From contig VRVR01000044.1 in assembly GCA_009859145.1 (NCBI GenBank), forward strand, positions 124,001 to 188,000: 64,000 nucleotides of DNA, given 5' to 3'. The notes under the pieces are model-generated. The model saw only the letters and a list, made by a program, of their open reading frames with translations, searched no databases and was not told the DNA's origin. The stretch is from Andalucia godoyi And28 (taxonomy: Eukaryota > Protista > Jakobida). The position numbers and the translations under genes were made by a program. Position 1 is the first letter of the stretch; each line of letters opens with the position of its first letter. Positions 10,847 through 20,963 of the stretch are shown one piece after another.

Positions 10847-13561
10847 ATGAATACCAGCCGACGAGTGTCGATTCTGCAGTCGCATCTGGTGCAGACCGGC
10901 TCGAGTCACCCTGACCACCCCAACGCTAACTCTAGTCCTACCCCTTGCGCTCATCCTAATTCACGGTACAAGAGAGCAGAAGTGCATTCCTCGCTGGACG
11001 CATACACGACACATGTGGCGCAGCAGCGAGTCTTGCGTGCGTTTTGTCGCCCGATCTCCACCCGAATACCCGGCAGCAGCGACGACAACGACTTGTTGAA
11101 CCCGACAAGAGCGTTGTTTCGCAGCCTACTGGACGACTCGCATGCGTCATTGCGGCTTTCTGTCCGGTCGTTCCAGGCGTCACACTCTAGTCTATTCGCA
11201 TCAACTCTCCCGCATCTGCACTCTTCCGAGCTTGAGTCGTATCTTGCACCAAAGCAGCAAGTGGACATCCGTCAACTCGGTGCAGAGCGATTGCGCGCGC
11301 TGCTGGAGCAGCGGTTTGTGGACGTGCGAGCGATTGCAACGGACCCGCGTGCATATCTCGCGCTTGTCGAGTCAGTGGCAGGAGGAGACGATCTAGGGCA
11401 CGTCATCTTGCTTACTGTGCAGCTCAACCTCTTTGGCGCATCTATCCTTCTCCTTGGCCATCCGAGCCAGTCCTTTCCACAGACCAATCTCCCGCCCTTT
11501 CTGGCCGCTGTTGTTGAGGATGGTGAATCGGAAAAGGACTCGAAAAAACTTAGAGAGCCGATCGAAGAATGGACGTATGACGAGGTGTTAGATCGCGTAT
11601 CGACTGGGAATTTGCTGGGGTGCTTTGCACTAACAGAGTTAGGCCACGGGACCAATGCAGCTGGTATTGAAACTACTGCGACATTTGATGCGCAGCACGA
11701 GTGTTACGTTCTGTGCACTCCAGGCGTCGGTGCCCAAAAGTATTGGATTGGGGGAGCTGCTCGCAACGCGTCGCATGCCATCGTCCTTGCCCGTCTTCTT
11801 GTCCCACGTTCCTCTTCCTCCACAGCTGCCAACAGTTGCGGCGCTGCAGAAACAGACGAAGAGGCAGAGCAGGTGCATCACTCATCTCCTCGGCATCATC
11901 ATCTTCCACTTTCTCATCCCTCGTCCACTTCATCGCCGTCGTCACTATCATTGCCATTGTCTTCCCATTCGGCTTTCCCAGGTCTTGCGTCAGCCTCTTC
12001 GACGTTGGCTGTTCAAAAAAAAGACAGGAAACTCAGACAAAGAGCATTGTTTGATGATCATGGAGTGCATGCGTTTTTCGTGCAGCTCAGGAGTACCGAG
12101 ACTGGGAAAACAGTGGCAAACGTAGAGATTCGAGATTGCGGGCAAAAGATGGGAAACAATTCGATCGACAACGGAAGACTGTTTTTCCACAATGTCAGGC
12201 TTTCTACTTCGGCTCTTCTCTCGCGCTACTCGCGCATCACTTGCCAACCGTCGGCTACGTCGCCATCTCCACGTCCGTCTCCGTCTGGACTGCCAAGATG
12301 GGTGTTTGAAACAAGTGTGCCGGGTGCTGGGGAGAGATTCGCGAAAATCATGGCGGCACTATTGATTGCTCGGATCGTCGTCGCTGCTGGTTCTGTGCAG
12401 ATCGGGCGGATCGCACTGGACATTGCCATTCGTTATGCACATTCTCGCTGTCAGTTCGGTCCACCGCCACTATCCAAGAAGGAAAAGAAAGAAAAGGAAG
12501 AAAGAACAGGAGATAATGTCGAAGGAGGTGAGCAGCACCACGAAGAAGAAGAGGAGGAAAAGGAGTGGCCAATCATTATGTATCCGCTGCATGCATCGCG
12601 GTTGATGCCGGAACTGGTCAAGGTGCTTGCGCTCGGGCTGTTTGTGAACGACGTAAAGTCCGTCTATGCGTCGTACATGCAAAAGGCGGGAGAAAAGGTA
12701 AGTCGTACGGACGAAAAGCAAGTCCATCGGATGGCGGCAATGTCAAAGGCGAGTGGATCGTGGATTGCAGTCGAGGCCGTGCAGACTGCCCGAGAATGTT
12801 GTGGCGGTGCTGGCTATGCGCTGCGCAATTTAATCCCTATGCTGCGAGCAGATGCCGAAATCTTTACAACCTTTGACGGTGACAACCATGTCCTCTGTCT
12901 GTCGATAGCTCGGCTTCTGTTGTTGGATGCAAAGAGCGAAAAAAGGAGTGGGGGAGGACTGTTGATGGCTGAGGTGAATCGCAGAACTCGGTTTGCTGTC
13001 GAGCATGCGCGCCATCCGTTTGCAAGTGTTGATGACCCAAAGGACCTTCTGCGGCTCTTCGGACTAAGGGTACAGTCACAGCTTGCTGAATGTGCGCTTG
13101 GATTGAAGGGAAAACGCGGGCGAAAGGCGTTCCAGGCTTTCAATGATGCAGCCCCGGCACTGGTGCGCTTGGCAAAAGCACATTGCGACGAAGAAATCCT
13201 GATGTCGGTGTATCGCCGCATGTGCAGTCCTTTGCAGTTCATGAACATGGAGAATCCGAAATCACGCAGCAAGATATACGAGAATGAACAAAGCGTCGCC
13301 GAAGTGAGAGAAATTCTGACCAATGTCCTGGTGGCATACGGATGCGTTCGAATCACGCAAGATCCGTGGTTTCTAGCATCAGGGCTGTTATCGGCTTACG
13401 ATGTCAAGCTCGCCGAAACAACACTAGCGGAGAAATGCGACTGGTTCGCGCGACGGTCCCTCGAGCTGTGTCGGTGGTTCGATGCGCCAGAATGGCTTAT
13501 TGAACCTACAATTGCCGGAAACTGGATGGCTCACAATGAGTCTGGAAAGACAGTTCCGTAA
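10847..13561 (+). CDS. ACX: Peroxisomal acyl-CoA oxidase (plant ACX2/ACX3-like) with N-terminal PTS2
   Basis: GCFALTELGHGTNAAGIETTATFD, AQKYWIGGAA, KMGNNSIDNGRLFF, RECCGGAGY and TFDGDNHVL motifs; PTS2 RVSILQSHL fits R-[LVI]-x5-H-L. Confidence 0.9.
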   Translation: MNTSRRVSILQSHLVQTGSSHPDHPNANSSPTPCAHPNSRYKRAEVHSSLDAYTTHVAQQRVLRAFCRPISTRIPGSSDDNDLLNPTRALFRSLLDDSHASLRLSVRSFQASHSSLFASTLPHLHSSELESYLAPKQQVDIRQLGAERLRALLEQRFVDVRAIATDPRAYLALVESVAGGDDLGHVILLTVQLNLFGASILLLGHPSQSFPQTNLPPFLAAVVEDGESEKDSKKLREPIEEWTYDEVLDRVSTGNLLGCFALTELGHGTNAAGIETTATFDAQHECYVLCTPGVGAQKYWIGGAARNASHAIVLARLLVPRSSSSTAANSCGAAETDEEAEQVHHSSPRHHHLPLSHPSSTSSPSSLSLPLSSHSAFPGLASASSTLAVQKKDRKLRQRALFDDHGVHAFFVQLRSTETGKTVANVEIRDCGQKMGNNSIDNGRLFFHNVRLSTSALLSRYSRITCQPSATSPSPRPSPSGLPRWVFETSVPGAGERFAKIMAALLIARIVVAAGSVQIGRIALDIAIRYAHSRCQFGPPPLSKKEKKEKEERTGDNVEGGEQHHEEEEEEKEWPIIMYPLHASRLMPELVKVLALGLFVNDVKSVYASYMQKAGEKVSRTDEKQVHRMAAMSKASGSWIAVEAVQTARECCGGAGYALRNLIPMLRADAEIFTTFDGDNHVLCLSIARLLLLDAKSEKRSGGGLLMAEVNRRTRFAVEHARHPFASVDDPKDLLRLFGLRVQSQLAECALGLKGKRGRKAFQAFNDAAPALVRLAKAHCDEEILMSVYRRMCSPLQFMNMENPKSRSKIYENEQSVAEVREILTNVLVAYGCVRITQDPWFLASGLLSAYDVKLAETTLAEKCDWFARRSLELCRWFDAPEWLIEPTIAGNWMAHNESGKTVP

Positions 13562-13781
13562 TTGTCGAGTGGAATCCGAGGAAGAAACATTCTCCAGCAG
13601 CCATTTCGACGGATTGTGTGCAGTACAGGACGCCAACTAGAGAGAAATGCAAAGCAAATGTTTTTCAATTTACAACAACAACAACAGCAAAAGAAGAAGA
13701 AGAATAAAATAAAACCCAATTAAAACCAAAAAGAAAAAACAACAACAAAAAACTACATGGCAGAAAAGAGAGCAAATTCGA

Positions 13782-16150
13782 TCACTTGTGTTCGGAATGT
13801 GATACTTGCTCTTCGCCTTGGTATGAGAAGAGTTCGACACGAAATGCGTCGATGGAGCGAATCGGAACGACAGTCGGTACACTGCCGTCCCATGCGAGGT
13901 ACTTCTTGACGACGTTGCGGAGAAGCTTTTCACACACACGCTGCAAAACCCCACCAAACTGCATATATCCGGCACTTGTCTTTTGGAACTGATAATCAAG
14001 ATACAACACAAGAGCGCTGTACAACTCGTGGACCATCTGTTCCGCCGTGACTTCTCCTCCCATGCACAAACAAGCCATGAACGAAAACAAGTCATCGCCA
14101 TCTGATGCCGATGATCCAGCAGCCGCCACTGTTGGCTTGACGGCAGCAACAAGTCTTTGCCATAACAGATGCGAAATGTTAATGCCCGAGCATGCCACAG
14201 GGTACTCGGGATCATCAGCCACAATCGCACGCGCTTCTGCAGTGTAGTTCCGTGCAAAGTAGACGAGCTGTTCGAGACCCCATGTTCCCATTGCGCGAAA
14301 GTCTGTTGATGGATCTTTCCCTTGGAATCCGATGCGAGACCACATCGGATCTTTGGGTGCGGGCGCGGGATGATCTGGCATCAAAAGCGAAAACAACTCA
14401 TAGAGCTTATCCATGTGCGCAACACTGGACGGATCAAACGGAGCAATCTGGATAGACGCGAAATGGGAACTCAAAGTCGACCGCAAACATTTGTACCGCA
14501 CATATTCTGCAGAAAAAACCTCCGCAAGATCGACGCTACGAGGAGAGCGTATCGACAAGGATGTGGAGTTTGAGAGGTGAAGAATAAGCAGTGGCATGGG
14601 ATCGCACTCTGGTTCAGTGGCAGTAGGTGATTCGGCAGAACCGCTTCCAGCATCGAATGTCTCCCCGTTTTTCGACGGGCTCGATTCACTTTGTGGAGGC
14701 GTGGCGTTTGAAGAATCATTCCCTTGTTCTGCAGGCACAGCAGGTAAACCAACTGTCCCTGACCCCGACGCCGAAGAAGACGATGATGATGAGAAAGAAG
14801 AACTGCCGCTGCCACTACCAGTGCCGCTAGAATTCGAAATAACGAGTTCGATGGAGGAAATGTGCTCAACTGCAATGTAGAACTTCTCAGGAAGCACAGC
14901 TTTGCTGTGGATATCACTCTCCGAACCAAAGTTGGCGGATGATATCAAAGACCGGAACTGGGAGAACCCATTTTGCACAGGAAGCGTAATGGCGAACGGG
15001 ATCTGGATCGAGTCAAACAAGGAAACCTGCGGAACGTATGCATGCGAAGATGTGTATCGCAGAATGGGCGCAATGGCGCTTGGTCCGGTTGCAGGCTGCG
15101 TGCCAAATGCAACGGAAGCCGAAAAAGATGGAGCGGCACGATATGCTGAGTTCGTCGGACTGCCGCTCCCCGAAGCAGTTGCAGGTGCATCATCGCTCGA
15201 GGGATCCAGGCAGGAATGCTGGGGCTCGATTTCAGCCTCATTTTGAAACGATTCTCCCGAGGAAGCGTCACAAATCGCGCGCTCCAGCTGCACGTCGGTC
15301 AGGCTGGAAAATGTACCGGAACCGTACGACGACGATGCAGATCTGTGCCAACCTGGCCAGCCAATTCGTATTCGGTGACCAAACAGCGCAGAAGACGGCG
15401 CGTTTGAAGAACCGCTGCCCGACGACGAGCCCGAACCCTTTGCATGCGGCCGAGCAACCTCGATTTTGCCGTAGATTTCTCCATTTGACAAGCAGCGTTT
15501 CGCATTGATTCCGTCTGCATCCCTTTCCGAAAGCAGCTCGTTCGGAAAGCCCGAGTGAACATTGCGGTCGTCCAGATAAACGTCGAAGCCAAGAAAAGTG
15601 CATATACACGGCACATCAATCCACTTATCAAAGCGGGAGAGAACTGCAAGAAGCTCGTTGAATCTTTCTTTTCTGTTCAGCAACACTGAAGAATCCAAAG
15701 GAGACTTGTGCGACAGTTTTGACGGAAGTCCAGGAAGCACAGGCATGATTTGTGGGCGCTGTTTCTTGAGCTCCGAAAGCAGTTGCTGAAATTCCGAGAA
15801 CCGTCGACGAACAGTCCATCGTACGACGCTTGGGTCGTCTTGTGATACAATGCTCTGCGCAAAGTACACAATGGAAACAACATATCGCTGCACATCATGA
15901 ATTTCAAAGAAAATAATAAATAAATAACCAGAAAAACAAACAAACCAAAACAGTTAGTGGCAAGCAAGCAAGGTATGGAATGGACACGCTTGGCCCTCAC
16001 ACACGCACACACACACACACACACACACACGCACGCACACAGAGTTAAAGAAAGGAAAGGGAAACAGCAAACAGCAGAGTTCAAACATACAGCAAAGGGC
16101 TTTGGAGACGGAACTATTTCAACATTTGTAATATACGCAGAAAACGACAT
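13782..16150 (-). CDS. PX-domain plus ELMO-domain protein (exon 1 16091-16150, intron 15888-16090, exon 2 13782-15887)
   Basis: Spliced N-terminus MSFSAYITNVEIVPSPKPFA|RYVVSIV...VRRRFSEFQQLL...LP.LPSK...RKERFNELL is a PX domain. ELMO motif WSRIGFQGKDPSTDFRAMGTWGLEQLVYFA...YPVACSGINI. GTATGT donor, CTAAC branch, CAG acceptor. Confidence 0.85.
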
Positions 16151-16551
16151 TGACTTTCGACTCGATGATCTATTGCACGCCCACGTCAATATGGGGAAAA
16201 AAGAACCACAAGAGCACAATATTCTGGCTGTGTGAGTGTCTGAGTGCGTGTGTGACGACGAACACAAAGAACGATTTAGGAGAAAAACGAAAAGCAAGCG
16301 TCCAATACCGCTGAATAATAACGCGTCATTGTCATGCATACGGAAGTATCATAATCAGACACGGTCGACACTGGCCGACACTAGCACGTTTGCTTCACAG
16401 GGAATCCGTGCTTCCGCACGCTCGGCCAGAATTCAGCCGGTGACACAGGCTCCGCATTTTCGACACTCTTTAACGCAGCATCCGTAGCCATCTATTCTAT
16501 CATTCGTTGGTGTCACTCTTTTTATTCAAATATGGGCATGGGTGCGCTGGG

Positions 16552-16817
16552 ATGACGCATTCGCCTACGCCTACGCCTACGCTGCTCGATACAGGGCCTC
16601 CTAGGTCCCGCAGACCTCCTAAGAGACCACGTGTCACTACGCCTGCTGCTAGGGCCGTCGGAATCAAAATGCACCCTTCTCAGGAACACCGTGTCACGCT
16701 GAGAAAGTGGCTCACCGATTGATCGAGATTGGGAACGGAGCGTGGAGCATTTATCTGAAGAACGCCGTGAGGCGTGTTGGGGCCTATCCCCTTCCCGGCA
16801 GCGGGGTGCAAGACTGA
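16552..16817 (+). pseudogene. Fanzor2 remnant (N-terminus fused to extreme C-terminus)
   Basis: MTHSPTPTPTLLDTGPPRSRRPPKRPRVTTPAARAVGIKMHPSQEHRVTLRKWL, then after a large deletion and a frameshift DRDW-NGAWSIYLKNAVRRVGAYPLPGSGVQD*. Confidence 0.75.
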
Positions 16818-16856
16818 ATATGCATGTTCAGTGTATATATAATGTAGGCAAACTCG
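16771..16856 (+). ncRNA. Putative omegaRNA scaffold core of copy A
   Basis: GGCGTGTTGGGGCCTATCCCCTTC ... CCCG-GCAG-CGGG hairpin ... CTGAATA-TGCA-TGTTCAG hairpin ... TGTAGGC; conserved in copies B and C. Confidence 0.6.
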
Positions 16857-16951
16857 TTTCCTTCGATTATTCCAAGAGTCAACACGTGAGTGCCGCAGCC
16901 TCAACCAAAAAACGATAAAAATAGAGGGGAAAAGACAAAAGTACGCGGAAG

Positions 16952-17024
16952 TGGTCCGCATGGGGATCGAACCCACGACCTTCGCCTTATCAGAGCGACG
17001 CTCTACCAACTGAGCTAACGGACC
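16952..17024 (-). tRNA. trnI-GAU: tRNA-Ile, anticodon GAU
   Basis: GGTCCGT TA GCTC AGTTGGTA GAGC G TCGCT CTGATAA GGCGA AGGTC GTGGG TTCGATC CCCAT GCGGACC A folds into a complete 73-nt cloverleaf; T-runs follow as a Pol III terminator. Confidence 0.93.
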
Positions 17025-17630
17025 GACTTGCAAAAGAACCACCTCCTGTATCATAGATTTCATTGTCGTCGCGGGTGCACTCACCCAGACACCCACAAGC
17101 AAGCAATTCGTGGGGCTGATACTTCTTCAAAAAGTTTGGCGTCCTCTCTTGGCTTTTGAGGATTCACACAGCAAACCAACAAACTTCATCGAGAACAAAA
17201 CCCAAGAATCCTGTCTTTCTTTTTGCCCCTTCTTTTTCTTCCTCTCTCCCCCCCCGTTGAATCACTGCTGCGGCTGCACAAGTCGCCGTCAGTGGGCTGT
17301 TTATGCGTGATACGCTTTAATTTTGTGTGGTGGATATTGAATGCAGCAGCATATAAACAACAACAACATCTACAGCAAACAACAAACACGAATGTCCCTT
17401 GATTTTAAAAAAAATAATAATACCTAATAACAGAATGCTGTGTAGATATATAGCCTGGCGATTGACAATACACTCTTGCATTTCAGGATGCTTGCCTCTT
17501 CTCACAGTACTTGTCCTTCCTCTTTCCAAATCTCGAATCAACTCTGTCTGGGGATCTATCAAAAGAAGATGCCAAAAACATGGCAACTGTTTGCTGACTG
17601 CGCTTCTCCGCAGTTCGCTCTATTTTCCGA

Positions 17631-17633
<3 letters not shown>

Positions 17634-17678
<45 letters not shown>

Positions 17679-17720
17679 GAAGAAGAAGAAGAAGAAGAGA
17701 AGAAGAAGAAAAAGAAAAAA
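17634..17720 (+). repeat. Compound (CA)n-(AAG)n microsatellite
   Basis: Visible directly in the sequence. Confidence 0.9.
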
Positions 17721-17873
17721 AAGGATATGTTTCTGTTCGCGCTCCTCTCGATACTCGTTAAAAAAAAAAAAACCTTGGGACAACCGTCACAAGAACTGAA
17801 CGAGGAGGTTGGTACAACTTCACGGATCGCTTAATGAGCGTGGCGGCGGCGTACGACAACATGTTTTTCCGCC

Positions 17874-20800
17874 TCACAACGATTGCTTGAAGAAGCGATC
17901 ATCCATTGACGTAAACGTATTCAAAAGAAGTGATCGGAACCACTGTTCGAATGGAGACTGGTCTGCAGTTCCAGCGCTACCCTTCTGCGAACCCCGGTTC
18001 ATTTCTCGACGATGCACGAACGGCAGACCAGACTTTGCGTCAATCCAACGGTCTTCAAAGGCATAATGACTCTTTCTCAATATCCCTCTGACTGCTGCTG
18101 GGGGGTCTCTGTAGATCCGTACGGAATCCGCACCCGCCATCTCCACGACACAGTCAAATAGGGACTTGGAAGGAAGTTGCAAGTCGCTTTGGATTCCTTG
18201 CTCATCTGTCGGGATCAGAATAGCGCGGAAATTCGGGTTCTGCGTCAGCGCATTCCGGAAACTTTCGTGGGTCATTCCACAAAATAGCCGCAGATTTTCA
18301 TAAGAAATAGAACACAGTGCCTGGAGATCTTCCAAAGTCTCAATCTCACCAACAATGACCGTGGAAGGCCTGTGAATACGAACGTACTCGGTCAAAAGGG
18401 CAGCCTGTTCTTGTCTTCGGGGAACCAAGCAACGACGAGCAAGACCAATGTCCGGAGAAGGCTCGTCTCCAAGGCCTCCAATGTCTCCCCAGGTGTCAAC
18501 GATCAACGTATTCTCACCACGGTGCGACAGTTCTGACGCAATATGACGCAAAACCAGCGATTTTCCAGTCCCAGGACGCCCACACAGAAGCGCAGATGAT
18601 TTGAAGGGCAAATGCGAGGTATGCTGCGGAGGAGACTTCAAAAACAAATCTCTGACAAGCGGAAGTGCAGACGGTCTTTGCAATCTGCACTGAAACGTGA
18701 GACCGACGATGTCGCTGGCCATGTTTCGGAAGCAGGACACCTGATGTAAGGCGCCGTCGACTCCAATCCGCATCCAAGATGGATGCTCCGCCAAGAGTCT
18801 GCATGGAGGACTGATGGACTTCAAGAGCATCATGATTGAGCGATCGACCTTTGGAAGCGAGGTCAGTTCATATGAAACACCGGACATGAAATTAAGGCGC
18901 GGATGATGTCCAAGATCCACAGACAATGAAGAAACACTCAGCATCTGTTCGCCTTGCGTTACCATCATATGCTTGATCGCATCCGCCCAATTCTGCGGCA
19001 CCAGACTCACAAACTTTTCCCACATGCTCAGATTGCGAGCTTCAATGTTCGTTCTCCAAGTGTCCAAAGTGGACTTGAGCAATGCAGGAGGTGCAACCTG
19101 GGGAGTGTATCGAGCAAACGACGTAAGGGGATCAAAGTCGATCACGAACGTCATTCCTGCGTCAAGTTTGTCCTCAAACGAGTCCTGAAATTGAAACTGT
19201 TCCGCGTGCAGCGCGGAGCCCTTCAGAACCATCTGGTCCGAAAAGATCGCGAATTCTTCTTGAACTTTTGCCTGGACCATCTTTCGAGCTTCGAGCAGAG
19301 ACACGACGTCTGACGCTGCATACTCCAACATATCCGGGGTAATCGGTCGTCGGGACCACAGTGCAATGTCCAGCGTGCCGGCCTCGCTAAAGACAGCATG
19401 AAATTTTTCCTTGAGTTGGTTCAGTCCCAAGCCGAATATATCTAACAAGTGGTTGAGACCAACTCGAACATTCGGATCTGGAATAATAGCCATCATGGGG
19501 TCCTTGTGAGCATTGTGCCCCGTTCCGGACAAGGAGCCCGGTCGCTGCGTCACCAAATTCCTCGATTTGGAGGCACTTCCATTAATGCGAACAAGCTCAG
19601 CAAGAACAGCATACAGGAACTGTGTGTCCACGATGTTGGACACTTCCACGCCCATGTGCTCCTTGATCGTTGCGACGTCTCTGCGAGAGTCATGGATAAC
19701 CTTTTCAATCATTGGGTTTCCCAAGATCGAACTAAACAGCCTGCGCCGCTCGTTGATCACGAAATCATCACGAACTGACCACAGCGCAACAATATCCACG
19801 ATGAATACTTCCCCCGCAATCGGAGGCGTCACAGTTCCTTGTCGCTGCTCACTTGCCGGAGCCAGGGGGCCTGAGCTTAACGGCTCGGCATTTGCTGGGC
19901 TGCCAACTGCCGAAGCCGGAAGTGGCAATTCGACGCTTGTGCTCTCCGTAATGGACACGGACTGACCTGGTACAAAGATCTGCAGAAGTGAAATGTGTCC
20001 TCCTGGAGCCAGTTCTCCTTCGGTGTCAATCGCAATCGACAGTCGCCCGCCGTTTTGTGCCTTCTTGACATCGATCATATGGCAAAGCGTTGACAGATGT
20101 TCCTGTGTAGCAATCAGAAATACTGGGACTCCATTGCAGTGCGCAGAGGGGGCGAACGCACCGGAGGTCTTCACATACTCCGACGACTCGGGATGGTACA
20201 CGGAGTCTTTCCAAGAATGTTGCGATTCACTTCCCATCAACGTATCTTTCGTCTTGTAGCTTTCCTGCACCTGTGGATTCAAATGCGGCGATCCGAGTTG
20301 TTGATTCTGCAGTGGAATCATTCCAGTAAGCAATTTCATGGAGTCGCCGTCGATTTCGATCCTCGGTCCGAACCCTGCAGCTCGCAGCTTTCGCCACACT
20401 GGCTTCCCGTACATTGCCGAAAACTGGCCTCCAAACGACGACATTCGAACTGCATGCTCATGGGCATTCATCGCAGTCAGCAGCTGCTCAGCTCTGTCCC
20501 ACCACTTCTGCATTTCTTCTCCTGAAACAGACATTTGCATCTTTCCACTCGCGCTCGCACTGCCATTTCCATTTCCGTTTCCATGTCCATTCACAACGAA
20601 GCCACCAACGGAGTGCAACGATCCATTGGCAGATTGCGCACCACCACCAACGCCAGCAGAAGCACCCACCAAGCTGTCCGACTGCATACTCTGGCTCACA
20701 CCTTCCACATTCGTCGCTGATACTGCTGTTGTTGTAGTAGAGTACCGATTCATAAAGAGACTGCTTTGGAATCTACGTCCAGAAGAAAGCACAGAGGAAG

Positions 20801-20963
20801 AAGAAGAAGAAGAAGAAGAAGGGGGTACAGCAAAGGAAAAAGACAGGCTGTGCAAACGGTTTCGAAACACGATGCTATGAGCACAGATCCTAGAAAACTC
20901 GCGTAGCTCAACACCCCCCGATCGACGGCATTGGCGCGAGGAAGACTGATATAAAGAATGCAT
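17874..20963 (-). CDS. DEDDy 3'-5' exonuclease (EXD1/Egalitarian-like) fused to a ycf45/SpoIIIAA-like P-loop domain
   Basis: ExoI IAIDTEGE, ExoII HDSRRD, ExoIII WSRRPITPDMLEYAASDV; C-terminal VDLGHHP, Walker A GRPGTGKS, LIVDTWGDIGGLGDEPSPDIGLARR. The start was placed at MHSLYQ, with an Arg/Ser-rich leader. Confidence 0.8.
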   Translation of the reverse strand: MHSLYQSSSRQCRRSGGVELREFSRICAHSIVFRNRLHSLSFSFAVPPSSSSSSSSSVLSSGRRFQSSLFMNRYSTTTTAVSATNVEGVSQSMQSDSLVGASAGVGGGAQSANGSLHSVGGFVVNGHGNGNGNGSASASGKMQMSVSGEEMQKWWDRAEQLLTAMNAHEHAVRMSSFGGQFSAMYGKPVWRKLRAAGFGPRIEIDGDSMKLLTGMIPLQNQQLGSPHLNPQVQESYKTKDTLMGSESQHSWKDSVYHPESSEYVKTSGAFAPSAHCNGVPVFLIATQEHLSTLCHMIDVKKAQNGGRLSIAIDTEGELAPGGHISLLQIFVPGQSVSITESTSVELPLPASAVGSPANAEPLSSGPLAPASEQRQGTVTPPIAGEVFIVDIVALWSVRDDFVINERRRLFSSILGNPMIEKVIHDSRRDVATIKEHMGVEVSNIVDTQFLYAVLAELVRINGSASKSRNLVTQRPGSLSGTGHNAHKDPMMAIIPDPNVRVGLNHLLDIFGLGLNQLKEKFHAVFSEAGTLDIALWSRRPITPDMLEYAASDVVSLLEARKMVQAKVQEEFAIFSDQMVLKGSALHAEQFQFQDSFEDKLDAGMTFVIDFDPLTSFARYTPQVAPPALLKSTLDTWRTNIEARNLSMWEKFVSLVPQNWADAIKHMMVTQGEQMLSVSSLSVDLGHHPRLNFMSGVSYELTSLPKVDRSIMMLLKSISPPCRLLAEHPSWMRIGVDGALHQVSCFRNMASDIVGLTFQCRLQRPSALPLVRDLFLKSPPQHTSHLPFKSSALLCGRPGTGKSLVLRHIASELSHRGENTLIVDTWGDIGGLGDEPSPDIGLARRCLVPRRQEQAALLTEYVRIHRPSTVIVGEIETLEDLQALCSISYENLRLFCGMTHESFRNALTQNPNFRAILIPTDEQGIQSDLQLPSKSLFDCVVEMAGADSVRIYRDPPAAVRGILRKSHYAFEDRWIDAKSGLPFVHRREMNRGSQKGSAGTADQSPFEQWFRSLLLNTFTSMDDRFFKQSL

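Larger units (their letters stand above)
16307..16856 (+). mobile_element. Internally deleted Fanzor2 (TnpB-like) element, copy A, with no TnpA remnant
   Basis: The left ~230 bp and the right end match copy C (40899-41244) in reverse. It encodes a Fanzor N-terminal remnant (PAARAVGIKMHPSQEHRVTLRKWL) joined to a RuvC-III remnant (DRDW/NGAWSIYLKN). Boundaries are approximate. Confidence 0.8.

Noticed and set aside
17030-17630. Possible snRNA divergent from the tRNA (U2-like CTCTTGGCTTTTG; Sm-like TAATTTTGT)
   Set aside because: No branch-point recognition sequence or other U-snRNA hallmark follows; the motifs are too short.
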